Below are positions 1-9,137 of a stretch of DNA of 37,707 nucleotides, in pieces. The DNA is from Burkholderiales bacterium (GTDB lineage Bacteria; Pseudomonadota; Gammaproteobacteria; Burkholderiales; Burkholderiaceae_C): assembly GCA_038218895.1 (NCBI GenBank), contig JBBRJU010000001.1, forward strand, positions 1 through 37,707, read 5' to 3'. Position 1 is the stretch's first letter. Every line of letters starts with the position of its first letter. The notes under the pieces were generated by a model. The model was given only the letters and a program-made list of their open reading frames with translations, did no database searches and was not told the DNA's origin. Made by a program: the position numbers and the translations under genes.

Positions 1-168
1 ATCAAGTCGAAGGTGCGCTCGCGGGTCGAGCATGTCTTTGCGGTGGTCAAGCGGCAGTTTGGCTTTGCCAAGGTGCGCTACCGTGGCCTGAAGAAGAACG
101 CGACGCGGGCATTTGTGGCGCTGGCGCTGGCCAACATCTACTTGGCGCGTGGCCGCTTGGGAGGATGA
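1..168 (+). CDS. IS5-family transposase, C-terminal part (5' end outside window)
   Basis: Frame +1 reads IKSKVRSRVEHVFAVVKRQFGFAKVRYRGLKKNATRAFVALALANIYLARGRLGG*, the RxxVEHxF...KVRYRGLxKN signature of IS5-subgroup DDE transposases. It is absent from the ORF track. Confidence 0.92.
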   Translation: MKSKVRSRVEHVFAVVKRQFGFAKVRYRGLKKNATRAFVALALANIYLARGRLGG

Positions 169-324
169 GTGCGTCCGCAGCGGGCGCATTGGGCGCCCGG
201 GAGCCCGAAAGGGCCTCGAAATCGAGCGTTCCGGGTCGAATTGGGCGCTGAAATTCCGCATTACGACATTCAGGTGTCTGCGATGCAGGACTTGCCGTTT
301 GGCAGCACCTTCATCAGCGTTGCC
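1..324 (+). mobile_element. IS5-family insertion sequence, right end
   Basis: Transposase tail followed by TTCATCAGCGTTGCC (310-324; reverse complement GGCAACGCTGATGAA), which resembles IS5-subgroup terminal IRs. TTAG (325-328) follows and fits the YTAR target consensus. Confidence 0.8.
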
Positions 325-713
325 TTAGAAAGCTCGCGCTGGGCGGGAATTGACGACCGTCAAAGGCGCCGCTGGCCAGGCGGATTCGATCAACGGTCTG
401 TATGCAACCCTGATCGACGGGCCACGGCTGCCCTGGCAGGCTCGCCGCAGCGTCCGTCTCGAACCACCTGCGCAGCTGGCGCAGGGCCTTCAGCGTGTCC
501 TGGACACCTTGCCCACCGACGTGGGGGCCTGGATCACCCCAACGCGCCGGTGGAAGCCTTGGGCGGGCCCTCCAATCGCCGCGCCTCAATCAGGCAAGCT
601 GTTGACCTTGCGCAGCTTCAGCGCCGTGCGGGGCGCACAGCATGTCTTTGCCGAAAGCAGGCTGGGGCATTTGGTCGGATGCCCGGCTGCGCCGGCAACA
701 GGAGGGTTGAAAC

Positions 714-2207
714 GTGAAACCGCTGACTGGGGTCGATGGCGTCTTCCTGCACCTGGAGACGCCGCAGACGCCGATGCACGTGGCATCGCTGAGCCTGTTC
801 GACCTGCCCCCCGGCGACCGGGGTGACTTCCTCGTCAAGATCAGGAAGCAGCTGGCGCGCCGGCTGCACCTGGCCCCGGTGTTCCAGCGCAAGTTGGCGC
901 CGATGCCGCTGCAGTTCGCCAACCCGGCCTGGATCCACGACAACGCCGTCGACCTCGACCACCACGTGCAGCGGGTGATGCTGCCGCCGCCTGGCACGCA
1001 GGCCCAACTGGAGGACTGTGCCGCCCGCCTGCATTCCGAACTGCTCGACCGCCATCGGCCGCTGTGGCAACTGACAATCATCGAAGGCCTGCAAAGCCGG
1101 CAGGTCGGCTACTACTTCAAGGCCCACCACGCCGTGCTCGACGGCCAGGCCGGCGTGCAGTTGGCGATGGTGCTGTTCGACGTGACGGCCAAGCCGCACC
1201 CGGTGCCACGCCCTCGGTGTCGAGCCGGGGCCGAGCCCGCCGAGCATCCGGGCATGGTTGAACTGGCAGCGGCAGCGCTCAAGCACGATGCCGGCCAGTA
1301 CATCAAGCTGCTGCGCCACCTGCCCGAGGTGGTGAAGACGCTCACAGGCATGCTCGGTCTTTCCGGGGCGCCGAACCCGGGGCGCCTCGGCCAGAACTTC
1401 AGCTTCGGCCCGCACACGCCGCTGAACGTGCCGATCGTGGGCGAACGCGGCTTCGCCGCGCTCTCGATGCCGCTGGACACCCTGAAAAAACTCGCCGCTG
1501 CACATGACGCCAAGCTCAACGACATCGTGCTGGCGCTGTGCAGCGGGACGCTGCGGCACTATCTCGCCAAGCACGGCGGCCTGCCGAAGAAGCCGCTCAT
1601 CGCGGCGATGCCGATCTCGTTGCGTGCGCCCGGCAACACCGAATACACGACGCAGGCAACCATGAGTCTGGTGAATCTGCACACGCACGTGGCCGACCCC
1701 GTGAAGCGGCTGCGCGCCATCCGGGACGCAGCGGGCGCCATGAAGGCACTCGCCCGGCGTGCCAAGGGGATCCTGCCGACCGACTTTCCGTCCATCGCCG
1801 TGCCCTGGGTGCTGCACGGCCTGGCCTCGCTGTACGGCCGCACTGGCCTGGCTGGCGCGATCCCGCCCATCGCCAATGTGATCATCTCCAACGTGCCCGG
1901 CCCGCAGGTGCCGTTGTATGCGGCTGGCGCCCGCATGGCCACCTACTGGCCGATGTCGATCCCCGAGCACGGCGTCGGGCTCAACATCACGGTGATGAGC
2001 TACGCTGGCGCGATGGGATTCGGCTTCACCACCGCCCGCAATGCGGTGCCCGATGCGCGCGAGCTCACGGCGGCGCTGGCGCTGGCCCTCGACGAACTGG
2101 TGGCCAAGTCGCGACCGCCACTGCCACTGCCACTGCCACTGCGACTGCGACTGCGACTGCGCCCCCGCCCGCGCCGCAGAGATACCCGTTCGGCGGCCAC
2201 CGAATGA
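714..2207 (+). CDS. Wax ester synthase/diacylglycerol O-acyltransferase (WS/DGAT) 1
   Basis: GGAGG RBS at 701-705 and GTG start. Contains LTGVDGVFLHLETPQTPMHV, catalytic HHAVLDG (HHxxxDG) and ISNVPGP. Confidence 0.95.
   Translation: MKPLTGVDGVFLHLETPQTPMHVASLSLFDLPPGDRGDFLVKIRKQLARRLHLAPVFQRKLAPMPLQFANPAWIHDNAVDLDHHVQRVMLPPPGTQAQLEDCAARLHSELLDRHRPLWQLTIIEGLQSRQVGYYFKAHHAVLDGQAGVQLAMVLFDVTAKPHPVPRPRCRAGAEPAEHPGMVELAAAALKHDAGQYIKLLRHLPEVVKTLTGMLGLSGAPNPGRLGQNFSFGPHTPLNVPIVGERGFAALSMPLDTLKKLAAAHDAKLNDIVLALCSGTLRHYLAKHGGLPKKPLIAAMPISLRAPGNTEYTTQATMSLVNLHTHVADPVKRLRAIRDAAGAMKALARRAKGILPTDFPSIAVPWVLHGLASLYGRTGLAGAIPPIANVIISNVPGPQVPLYAAGARMATYWPMSIPEHGVGLNITVMSYAGAMGFGFTTARNAVPDARELTAALALALDELVAKSRPPLPLPLPLRLRLRLRPRPRRRDTRSAATE
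2117..2160 (+). repeat. Hexanucleotide tandem repeat (GCCACT)4(GCGACT)3
   Basis: Read directly from the sequence. Encodes PLPLPLPLRLRLRL in the WS/DGAT1 frame. Confidence 0.95.
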
Positions 2208-2233
2208 TTCACCGTCCGCCCACCGAGACCCCC

Positions 2234-3790
2234 ATGAGCGACCCCAGCACCCGGCCGATGACGAGCGTGGACACCGCATGGCTGCGCATGGACACCGACG
2301 TCAATCTGATGATGATTGTCGGCGTCTGGCTGATCGCGCCCGCGATCCGCTACCAGGCGCTGTGCGGGCGCATCAGCGAGCGCCTGCTGAAGTACCAGCG
2401 CTTCAGGCAGAAGGTGGTGCAGGGCACGCTGGGGTGGCTATGGGTGACCGATGACAACTTCGACCTGCACCGCCATGTGGTGACCGAGAAGCTCCCGCGT
2501 CGGCGCGGCCAGAGCGCGCACGCGGCCCTGCAACGGCGCATGGGCGAACTCGCTTCGACGCCGCTCGACCACGCCCACCCGCTGTGGCAGTTCCACTTGG
2601 TCGAGCGTTTCGACGGCGGCAGCGCCTTGGTCTGCCGCATTCACCATTGCGTCGGCGACGGCATCGCGCTGAACTCGGTGATGATGTCGATCGCCGATGG
2701 CGGCCTGCTGCCACCCGAGCTCGACCGGGATTCGTCGGGCCCTGACGCATCGCAGACGTTGCACAAGTCGCACGATTTCCACCCGGGCGGCTGGCTGGCC
2801 AACGAGGTGCTCAAGCCACTCACCGGCGCGGCTGTCAAGGCGATCGGCCTGTACGGCAAAGGCCTGGTGCAAGCCTTGCAGGCGATCGAGCACCCGCGCC
2901 AGTCACTGGGCGATGCAGTCGGCCTTGTCGGCGACGGCCGCCGCTTGCTGGGCGATGCCGCAGCGCTGGCCTTGTTGCCCGACGATTCGCCCACGCCGCT
3001 GAAAGGCCACGGCAGCGGGCGCAAGGTGGTCGCCTGGTGCGAGCCCTTGCCGCTGGACCAGGTGAAGGCTGTCGCCAAGGCACTCGGCGTCACGGTCAAC
3101 GACGTGCTGATCACCAGTGCCGCCGGCGCCATCGGACGCTACCTGCGCGACATCGGCGATGGGAGCGACGACCCCGCCTGCAAGGATATCCGCGCGATGG
3201 TGCCGGTGAATCTGCGCCCGCTGCATGAAGCCTGGCAGCTCGGCAACCGCTTCGGCCTCGTGCCGCTGTTGGTGCCGGTGGGCATCGACAACCCGATCGA
3301 GCGGTTGCAGGTGGTGCACGGGCGCATGGCCGCACTCAAGTTCGGCTACCAGCCGTTGCTGGCCTACGGCGTGCTGGGCCTCTCAGGCCTGCTCAACCGG
3401 TGGGCGCAGCACGCGCTGTCGAACCTGTTCCTCGACAAGACGACTGCCGTGATGACCAACGTGCCGGGCCCGACAGAAGCAATCCGCCTGTGTGGCGCCA
3501 CGGTGCGGCAGAGCATCTTCTGGGTGCCGTCGTCCGGCGATGTCGGTGTCGGCCTGAGCATCAGCTCCTACGCCGGCGGTGTGCAGTTCGCGCTCATCAC
3601 CGATGCGAAGCTGTGCCCGCGACCGAGCCGCATCATCGACCGCTTCGCGCAGGAGTTCGAACAGTTGCTGATGCTCGCGCTGATGCTGCCCTGGCGTGGC
3701 GAGGAGACACCGGCACACAAGCACGGTGATGCAGCGGTCACTTCGACGCGCAGGCGAAAGGCGGCGATCGGCGCGCGGGTCCGGGCGTGA
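2234..3790 (+). CDS. WS/DGAT acyltransferase 2
   Basis: MTSVDTAWLRMD N-terminus, HHCVGDG motif, TNVPGP. The start is ATG 2234, or ATG 2204 overlapping the upstream stop (ATGA). The ORF-track start at 1538 is an upstream extension. Confidence 0.93.
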   Translation: MSDPSTRPMTSVDTAWLRMDTDVNLMMIVGVWLIAPAIRYQALCGRISERLLKYQRFRQKVVQGTLGWLWVTDDNFDLHRHVVTEKLPRRRGQSAHAALQRRMGELASTPLDHAHPLWQFHLVERFDGGSALVCRIHHCVGDGIALNSVMMSIADGGLLPPELDRDSSGPDASQTLHKSHDFHPGGWLANEVLKPLTGAAVKAIGLYGKGLVQALQAIEHPRQSLGDAVGLVGDGRRLLGDAAALALLPDDSPTPLKGHGSGRKVVAWCEPLPLDQVKAVAKALGVTVNDVLITSAAGAIGRYLRDIGDGSDDPACKDIRAMVPVNLRPLHEAWQLGNRFGLVPLLVPVGIDNPIERLQVVHGRMAALKFGYQPLLAYGVLGLSGLLNRWAQHALSNLFLDKTTAVMTNVPGPTEAIRLCGATVRQSIFWVPSSGDVGVGLSISSYAGGVQFALITDAKLCPRPSRIIDRFAQEFEQLLMLALMLPWRGEETPAHKHGDAAVTSTRRRKAAIGARVRA

Positions 3791-4872
3791 CGCTTGCTCT
3801 GCTGCTGCTTGGCGCGGCAGTCGCCCTGGCCTGGGCCGTCGCGAGGTTCCATCTCCAGGGTGAGGATCTGTCGGTGTTCGACACACCGCATGGCGAGAGC
3901 TTTTCGACCGGTGGCAAACCGAGCGCCGCGCACCACGCCGTGGTCGCCTCGCTCTCCGGTGTGCGCGATGCACTGCGAGGCGTGCCGCTCGGTCGGCACA
4001 ATGCCGCACTGCGCCAGTACCTGGATACAGCGTTCAGCGACCGCGTGATCGACGCCACCATCCTGCAGATCGCGGACGCGGGTGTGCAGGGCGAGTGGGT
4101 TCTGGCCCCCGGCGCAGACGGCACCCGACGCACCCTCTACATCCATGGTGGCGCCTTCCGCATCGGCAGCCCGAAGAGCCACCGCACGCTCACCAGCCGT
4201 TTCTCGGCCATGACCGGTGGCGCCGTGCTGGCGCTCGACTACCGCCTGATGCCCGAGCACCCGCGCCGGGCAGGCATTGAGGACTGCCGAGCCGCCTACC
4301 GCTGGATCCTGGAGAACGGTCCGGGAGGTCCGCAGCGCGCACAAGCGGTGTTTGTCGCCGGCGATTCGGCAGGTGGCAACCTGGCGCTGTCGCTGATCGC
4401 CTGGGTGCGCGACCAGGGGCTGCGCGCGCCGGATGCGGCGGTGGCGCTCTCTGCGCTGACCGACAGCACGCTTGCCAGCCCAAGCCTGCGCGCCAACATG
4501 CGCAGCGATGCCATGCTGGGACCGCTGTTCGGGCCCTTGACGAAACTGCCGCAAGCGGTGCTGTTGTGGATCGGCTGGATCCAGAACCGCATCAACCCGC
4601 GCGACCCGATCATCTCGCCCGCCCGCGGCGATCTCTCGAACCTGCCTCCGGTGCTGTTGCAGGCCAGTACAGCAGAAATGCTGCTCGATGACAGCCGCCG
4701 CTACGTGAGCCGGGCGCAGTCCGCCGGGTCACCCGCCAGGCTGCAGACCTGGGGCCACATGGTCCATGCCTGGCAGATCTTCAACCCCGAACTTCCTGAG
4801 GCGTGTGAAGCGCTCGACGAGATTGAGAGGTTCCTGGCGGCTGCGTCGCCGCCCCCAATCCCACCGCGCTGA
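3787..4872 (+). CDS. Alpha/beta hydrolase, HSL-family (GDSAG) esterase/lipase with hydrophobic N-terminus
   Basis: HGGAF oxyanion motif, DYRLMPEH, GDSAGG nucleophile elbow, HAW near the C-terminus. GTGA overlap with the upstream stop. Confidence 0.93.
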   Translation: MTLALLLLGAAVALAWAVARFHLQGEDLSVFDTPHGESFSTGGKPSAAHHAVVASLSGVRDALRGVPLGRHNAALRQYLDTAFSDRVIDATILQIADAGVQGEWVLAPGADGTRRTLYIHGGAFRIGSPKSHRTLTSRFSAMTGGAVLALDYRLMPEHPRRAGIEDCRAAYRWILENGPGGPQRAQAVFVAGDSAGGNLALSLIAWVRDQGLRAPDAAVALSALTDSTLASPSLRANMRSDAMLGPLFGPLTKLPQAVLLWIGWIQNRINPRDPIISPARGDLSNLPPVLLQASTAEMLLDDSRRYVSRAQSAGSPARLQTWGHMVHAWQIFNPELPEACEALDEIERFLAAASPPPIPPR

Positions 4873-5167
4873 TTGCCGCCGCTTCGGCCGCGCAGACAGG
4901 TTTTTCAGACAACATGTGTGCGGTGCCGCAGGGAAGATCCTGCTCGCCCGTCTGAAGAAGCACTGATCGGTCCGAACGATGCAGACCATCCCTAACAATC
5001 AGGGTACCTATTCGGTCAGGGCGCGCCTACCATGGTTTTGCCTTGAACCCGTTGGCGTCGCCGCCAGCCTGCTCAAGTGCAGCGACAGGAGCCGCGCAAG
5101 CCTGGCTCCCAATGAATTGGCCGCTGGCGTGTTGTGAAGCGCGCAGTGATTCGCCTGGAAGGGTCTG

Positions 5168-5779
5168 ATGGCACAGTACGCGGCGATCCGTGCGGTTGGC
5201 GAAAGCGTGTTGGCATTGATGCGCGAGGCTTGCCCGCTGGGCGACTTGCAGCTCGATGCATCGGCCAAGTTCGAACTTGCGTCACTGGGCCGGTTGACTG
5301 ACCCGCAAGCGCCGCCAAGCGACGGCTTCTACCTCGTGTTGTGGCGGGTGGGCATCGGCGGCATGCCGCGCAACCTGCCGCCGCGCCGCCACCGCGACGG
5401 GCGCCTGTTCAAACCATCGTTGCCGGTCGATCTGTATTTTTTGCTGCTGCCGGTTGCCGCGCAGGCTGACAAGCAAACCCAAATGCTCGGCTGGGCACTT
5501 TCTTTCATGCAGCAGCTGCCCACGCTCACCGGCGAAACCATCAACCGCTTCACCAAGGGCAGCCCGGCGGTGTTCGCGCCCGAAGAATCGGTGGAGCTGA
5601 TCGCTGACCCGCTGACCACCGCTGACTATCTCTCGCTGTGGGATCGGGTCAAGAGCGGCTTCCAGGCCGGCATGACCTATGTGGCTCGCATGGTGCTGAT
5701 CGATGCTGACCAGCTGGAGCCCCAGGGCGCGCTGGTCAGCGAGCGGCGCTTTGACCTGGCCGGAAACGGAAGCGCCTGA
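5168..5779 (+). CDS. DUF4255 / Afp16-Pvc16-like tail cap (terminator) protein
   Basis: Pattern AIRAVGESVLALM...SLPVDLYFLL...QMLGWALSFMQQLPTL...LSLWDRV...MTYVARMVLID; first gene of the locus, upstream of the sheath. Confidence 0.85.
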   Translation: MAQYAAIRAVGESVLALMREACPLGDLQLDASAKFELASLGRLTDPQAPPSDGFYLVLWRVGIGGMPRNLPPRRHRDGRLFKPSLPVDLYFLLLPVAAQADKQTQMLGWALSFMQQLPTLTGETINRFTKGSPAVFAPEESVELIADPLTTADYLSLWDRVKSGFQAGMTYVARMVLIDADQLEPQGALVSERRFDLAGNGSA

Positions 5780-6585
5780 TGGCTGCCGTGTTGACCAGCC
5801 TGCGCGACGACTTGGTGCTGCCTGCCAGCGCCGGGCTGCTGTTCATCGATGCTGCCACCGGCCAGCCGGTGCAAGACGGCCTGCATTGCGCGTTGCTGCT
5901 GCGCCGCAACCGCACCGTGCTCGGGCGCGCGGTGCAATCGATCTCGGGCGTGCACCATTGGCCCGAGCTGTCCGCCCGCTGGCGCGATGCGCTGCCCCCG
6001 CTGCTGGCTGATGTGCTGGTCACTGACGCACTCGGGCGCTTCTTGCCCTTGGCCGTGGCCTGGCCGCTGCCCGCCAGCCTGGGTGGCACGCTGGTGGGCA
6101 CGCGGCGCTTGGTGCGGTTGCCGCTGTTGTCGGCACCGGCCCGCACCGCGCCGCCGGGGCAGGCCAGCGTCAACGCGCTGCTGGTGTGGCACGCCACGCA
6201 GCAGCCCGCCGCCTGGGCGCGGGTGCTGCTGACCGATGCTTCCGGCCGCACCAGCCTGGGCAGCTGCGACGCTGCCGGCCGCCTGGCGCTGCACCTGGCC
6301 CTGCCGCGCCCGCAACGCCCGGCTGTCGATCCGCCGCCGCCCGGTGTGGTCACCGCAACGGGCAACCTGCAGGTGTTCTTCGACCCTGGCCTGAGGCCGG
6401 CCGCCGAGCGCCTGGCCGCGCCCGATGTGCTGGCCTTCAACAGCCAACCTGAAGTTCGTGCGCTGGCGCGCGCCGACCAGACCACCGCGCTGGATGGATT
6501 GCGTCTTGAAGTCGGCCAACCGGCCGTGCCCACCACCGCGGGCCTGGCGCCCGCTTTGTCGGAGCTGCGTCTGGTGCCGCTCTGA
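5779..6585 (+). CDS. Hypothetical eCIS accessory protein (possibly a carboxypeptidase-regulatory-like beta sandwich)
   Basis: TGATG coupling to the DUF4255 gene; IDAATGQPV and CDAAGRLALHL strand-like motifs; occupies the usual slot between cap and sheath. Confidence 0.7.
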   Translation: MAAVLTSLRDDLVLPASAGLLFIDAATGQPVQDGLHCALLLRRNRTVLGRAVQSISGVHHWPELSARWRDALPPLLADVLVTDALGRFLPLAVAWPLPASLGGTLVGTRRLVRLPLLSAPARTAPPGQASVNALLVWHATQQPAAWARVLLTDASGRTSLGSCDAAGRLALHLALPRPQRPAVDPPPPGVVTATGNLQVFFDPGLRPAAERLAAPDVLAFNSQPEVRALARADQTTALDGLRLEVGQPAVPTTAGLAPALSELRLVPL

Positions 6586-6628
6586 GCAACAGACCTGACC
6601 ACCGAGCCCACCCGCGAAGGAGAAAGCA

Positions 6629-8665
6629 ATGCCCGAATACCTTGCGCCCGGCGTCTTTGTCGAGGAGGTGTCCTTCAGGTCCAAGTCGATCGAAGGCGTC
6701 AGCACCACCACCACCGGCTTCATCGGCCCCTGCCGTTACGGGCCGGTGACCGAGGCTCCCGACATCCTCACCAGCCTGACCGAGTTCGAACGCAGCTACG
6801 GCGATGGCCAGCAAATGGCCTTCGGCGCCACCGCGCAAACCACTGGCGCCAACTACCTCTGGCAGGCCGCGCGCAGCTTCTTTGAGGAGGGCGGCAAGCG
6901 GCTCTATGTCAGCCGGGTGTTCCGTCCGATCAGCGGGACGTATCCCAGTGACCTGACCGCAACGTTCGGTGCGTCACCGCATGCCGACGGGCATGGCCGC
7001 TTGATGGTGGGCACGGCGCCCGATCAGTTCCGCATCGTTGCCCGCTACCCCGGCGCAGCGGGTAACTTGCAGGTTCGATTCAACATCAGACTCGGACCCA
7101 ATGTGCTCGGTGCGCTGCCAGATCCCGGCGGCGGTGGCGGGCTGGTGCCAACGCTGGCCAATCTTGCGGATGGTGATGTGGTGTGGGTGAGCACGGCCAA
7201 GGCGAAGTTGCCCGTTCCGGCCACCGGCGCAAACCCCCCGGCTGCGGCCCGCCCCATTGGCGAGCTGCCGCTCTACGTTGCGCGGCGCAGTGCGGGTGGC
7301 GTCTGGAGCTTTACCGCCGGCGTGCGGCCTGATGGTGCCGATGCGGCAGCCACTGCGTTCGCCCTCACGGACTTTGCCCTCAATCTTGCCGCCGGCACCG
7401 GAGACGCGATCCGCCCGGCCACGCTGGGCTTGGAAGTCTTGGCGAGTGATGGCCGTTCACTGGGTGCCTGGAGCGGCTTGCCGCTGGAACCCGCGCACAA
7501 GACCGCCGGCGTGCCCGATGGCCTGTTTGATTTGTTCAGCCTGGCCGGCCCCGGCAGTGCTGGGCTGCCGATCGTGCTGCTGAACGCCGGCATCGACAAC
7601 GGCAGCGACTTGCTCAAAGCCCTGGACGCACTCGACACCGGCATCGACTTGAAGATCACCCAGATCGAATGGGACGACGCCGGGCGCGATGAATTGGTGG
7701 CCGTGCGCAAGAAGTTCGAGCGTGGTCTGCGCGCGAGTGGCTTTCTCGTTGGCGCCAACGACGGCCTGTTGCCAGGCCGCAGCGAGTACGAAGGCCGCGC
7801 CGACCCCACGCAAGACTACGCCACGGGCTTCAAGCAGTTCGAGTCGATCGAAGACATCTCCATCGTCGCCGCGCCGGGCTCCACCTGGAAGGCCAGCGAG
7901 CGGGTGGACGACGTGGCCGCAGTCATCAATTTGCTGATCGCGCATGCCGAGAAGATGCGCTACCGCATCGCCATCATCGACCCGCCGGAAGGCCAGAAGA
8001 TCGCCGACGTGAGAAAGCTCAAGGCCAAGCTCGACAGCAAATATGCCGCGCTCTATTATCCCTGGGTGACGGTGTTCGACGGCATCACTCGCCAGCCGCT
8101 GAACCTGCCGCCCTCGGGCTTTGTCGCAGGCATCTATGCCCGCAACGACACCGAGCGCGCGGTCTTCAAGGCGCCCGCCAACGAGGTGGTGCGCGGCGCG
8201 ATCGGCTTTGAGTCGCTGATCAACACCGCGCAGCAAGAGGTGCTCAACCCCGAGGGCATCAACTGCTTCCGTTTCTTCGAAGGCCGCGGCCTGCGCCTGT
8301 GGGGGGCGCGCACGATCAGCTCCGACCCGGAATGGAAATACGTCAACCTGCGCCGCTACTTCGCCTACCTGGAACGCAGCGTCGACAAGGGCACCCAGTG
8401 GGCGGTTTTCGAGCCCAATGGCGAAGCGCTGTGGGCCAATGTGCGCGCCACTGTCCGCGACTTCCTGGTCAACGAATGGGCCAGCGGCGCGCTGCTCGGT
8501 GACAAGCCCGAGAAGGCCTTCTTCGTGCGCTGCGACCGCTCCACGATGACCCAGAACGACCTCGACAACGGGCGCCTGGTCTGCCTGATCGGCGTGGCGC
8601 CGCTGCGGCCCGCCGAGTTTGTGATCTTCCGCATTGGCCAGTGGACGGCCGATCAAAAGTCTTGA
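6629..8665 (+). CDS. Contractile tail sheath protein 1 (Afp2/3-like)
   Basis: AAGGAG RBS; MPEYLAPGVFVEEV start, YAALYYPW, FKAPANEV, WGARTIS, YVNLRR, WAVFEPN, APLRPAEFVIFRI. Confidence 0.97.
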   Translation: MPEYLAPGVFVEEVSFRSKSIEGVSTTTTGFIGPCRYGPVTEAPDILTSLTEFERSYGDGQQMAFGATAQTTGANYLWQAARSFFEEGGKRLYVSRVFRPISGTYPSDLTATFGASPHADGHGRLMVGTAPDQFRIVARYPGAAGNLQVRFNIRLGPNVLGALPDPGGGGGLVPTLANLADGDVVWVSTAKAKLPVPATGANPPAAARPIGELPLYVARRSAGGVWSFTAGVRPDGADAAATAFALTDFALNLAAGTGDAIRPATLGLEVLASDGRSLGAWSGLPLEPAHKTAGVPDGLFDLFSLAGPGSAGLPIVLLNAGIDNGSDLLKALDALDTGIDLKITQIEWDDAGRDELVAVRKKFERGLRASGFLVGANDGLLPGRSEYEGRADPTQDYATGFKQFESIEDISIVAAPGSTWKASERVDDVAAVINLLIAHAEKMRYRIAIIDPPEGQKIADVRKLKAKLDSKYAALYYPWVTVFDGITRQPLNLPPSGFVAGIYARNDTERAVFKAPANEVVRGAIGFESLINTAQQEVLNPEGINCFRFFEGRGLRLWGARTISSDPEWKYVNLRRYFAYLERSVDKGTQWAVFEPNGEALWANVRATVRDFLVNEWASGALLGDKPEKAFFVRCDRSTMTQNDLDNGRLVCLIGVAPLRPAEFVIFRIGQWTADQKS

Positions 8666-8680
8666 CGCAAGGAGTACACC

Positions 8681-9133
8681 ATGGCCGTCCTTCGTGATCG
8701 TCCTTACGTTCAATTCAACTTCCACGTCAACCTCGGCGACGGGGTGACCAACACGCCGCAGGCGGGGTTTCAAGAGGTCAGCGGCATCGGGATGGAAGTC
8801 ACCATCACCGAGTACCGCCCCGGCAACTACGCCTTCAACAACGTCATCAAAACGGCCGGCCTGAACAAGGCCACCGACGTGACCATGAAGCGCGGCGTGA
8901 TCGGCTCGCTCGATCTCTACAAATGGCTGGACGACGTGCGCAACGGTGCCAGCAGCGGCCTGCGCACCGTGACCGTCGAGCTGAAAAGCGAAGACCGTTC
9001 GCAGACCGTGCAGAGCTGGCGCCTGATCAACGCCCGCATCATGAAACACACCAGCGGGCCGTTCAACGCCAAAGGCACGGACGTGGCGATGGAAGAGCTC
9101 ACCTTGAGCTACGAGCGGCTCGAGATGGAGTAG
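8681..9133 (+). CDS. Tail tube protein 1 (T4 gp19-like, Afp1-like)
   Basis: AAGGAG RBS; GFQEVSGIGME, DVTMKRGV, GPFNAKGTDVAMEELTLSYE. Confidence 0.96.
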   Translation: MAVLRDRPYVQFNFHVNLGDGVTNTPQAGFQEVSGIGMEVTITEYRPGNYAFNNVIKTAGLNKATDVTMKRGVIGSLDLYKWLDDVRNGASSGLRTVTVELKSEDRSQTVQSWRLINARIMKHTSGPFNAKGTDVAMEELTLSYERLEME

Positions 9134-9137
9134 CGCG

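Noticed and set aside
350-826. ORF after the IS5 end as an interrupted gene
   Set aside because: No recognisable motif, TTG start without RBS, and overlap with WS/DGAT1. It may be a remnant but cannot be supported.
1538-2203. 750-aa version of WS/DGAT2
   Set aside because: The upstream extension overlaps WS/DGAT1 out of frame and is Arg/Ala-rich shadow sequence.
4873-5167. Sigma-54 promoter or riboswitch upstream of the eCIS
   Set aside because: None of the TGGC sites has GC at the required spacing, and no recognisable RNA motif is present.
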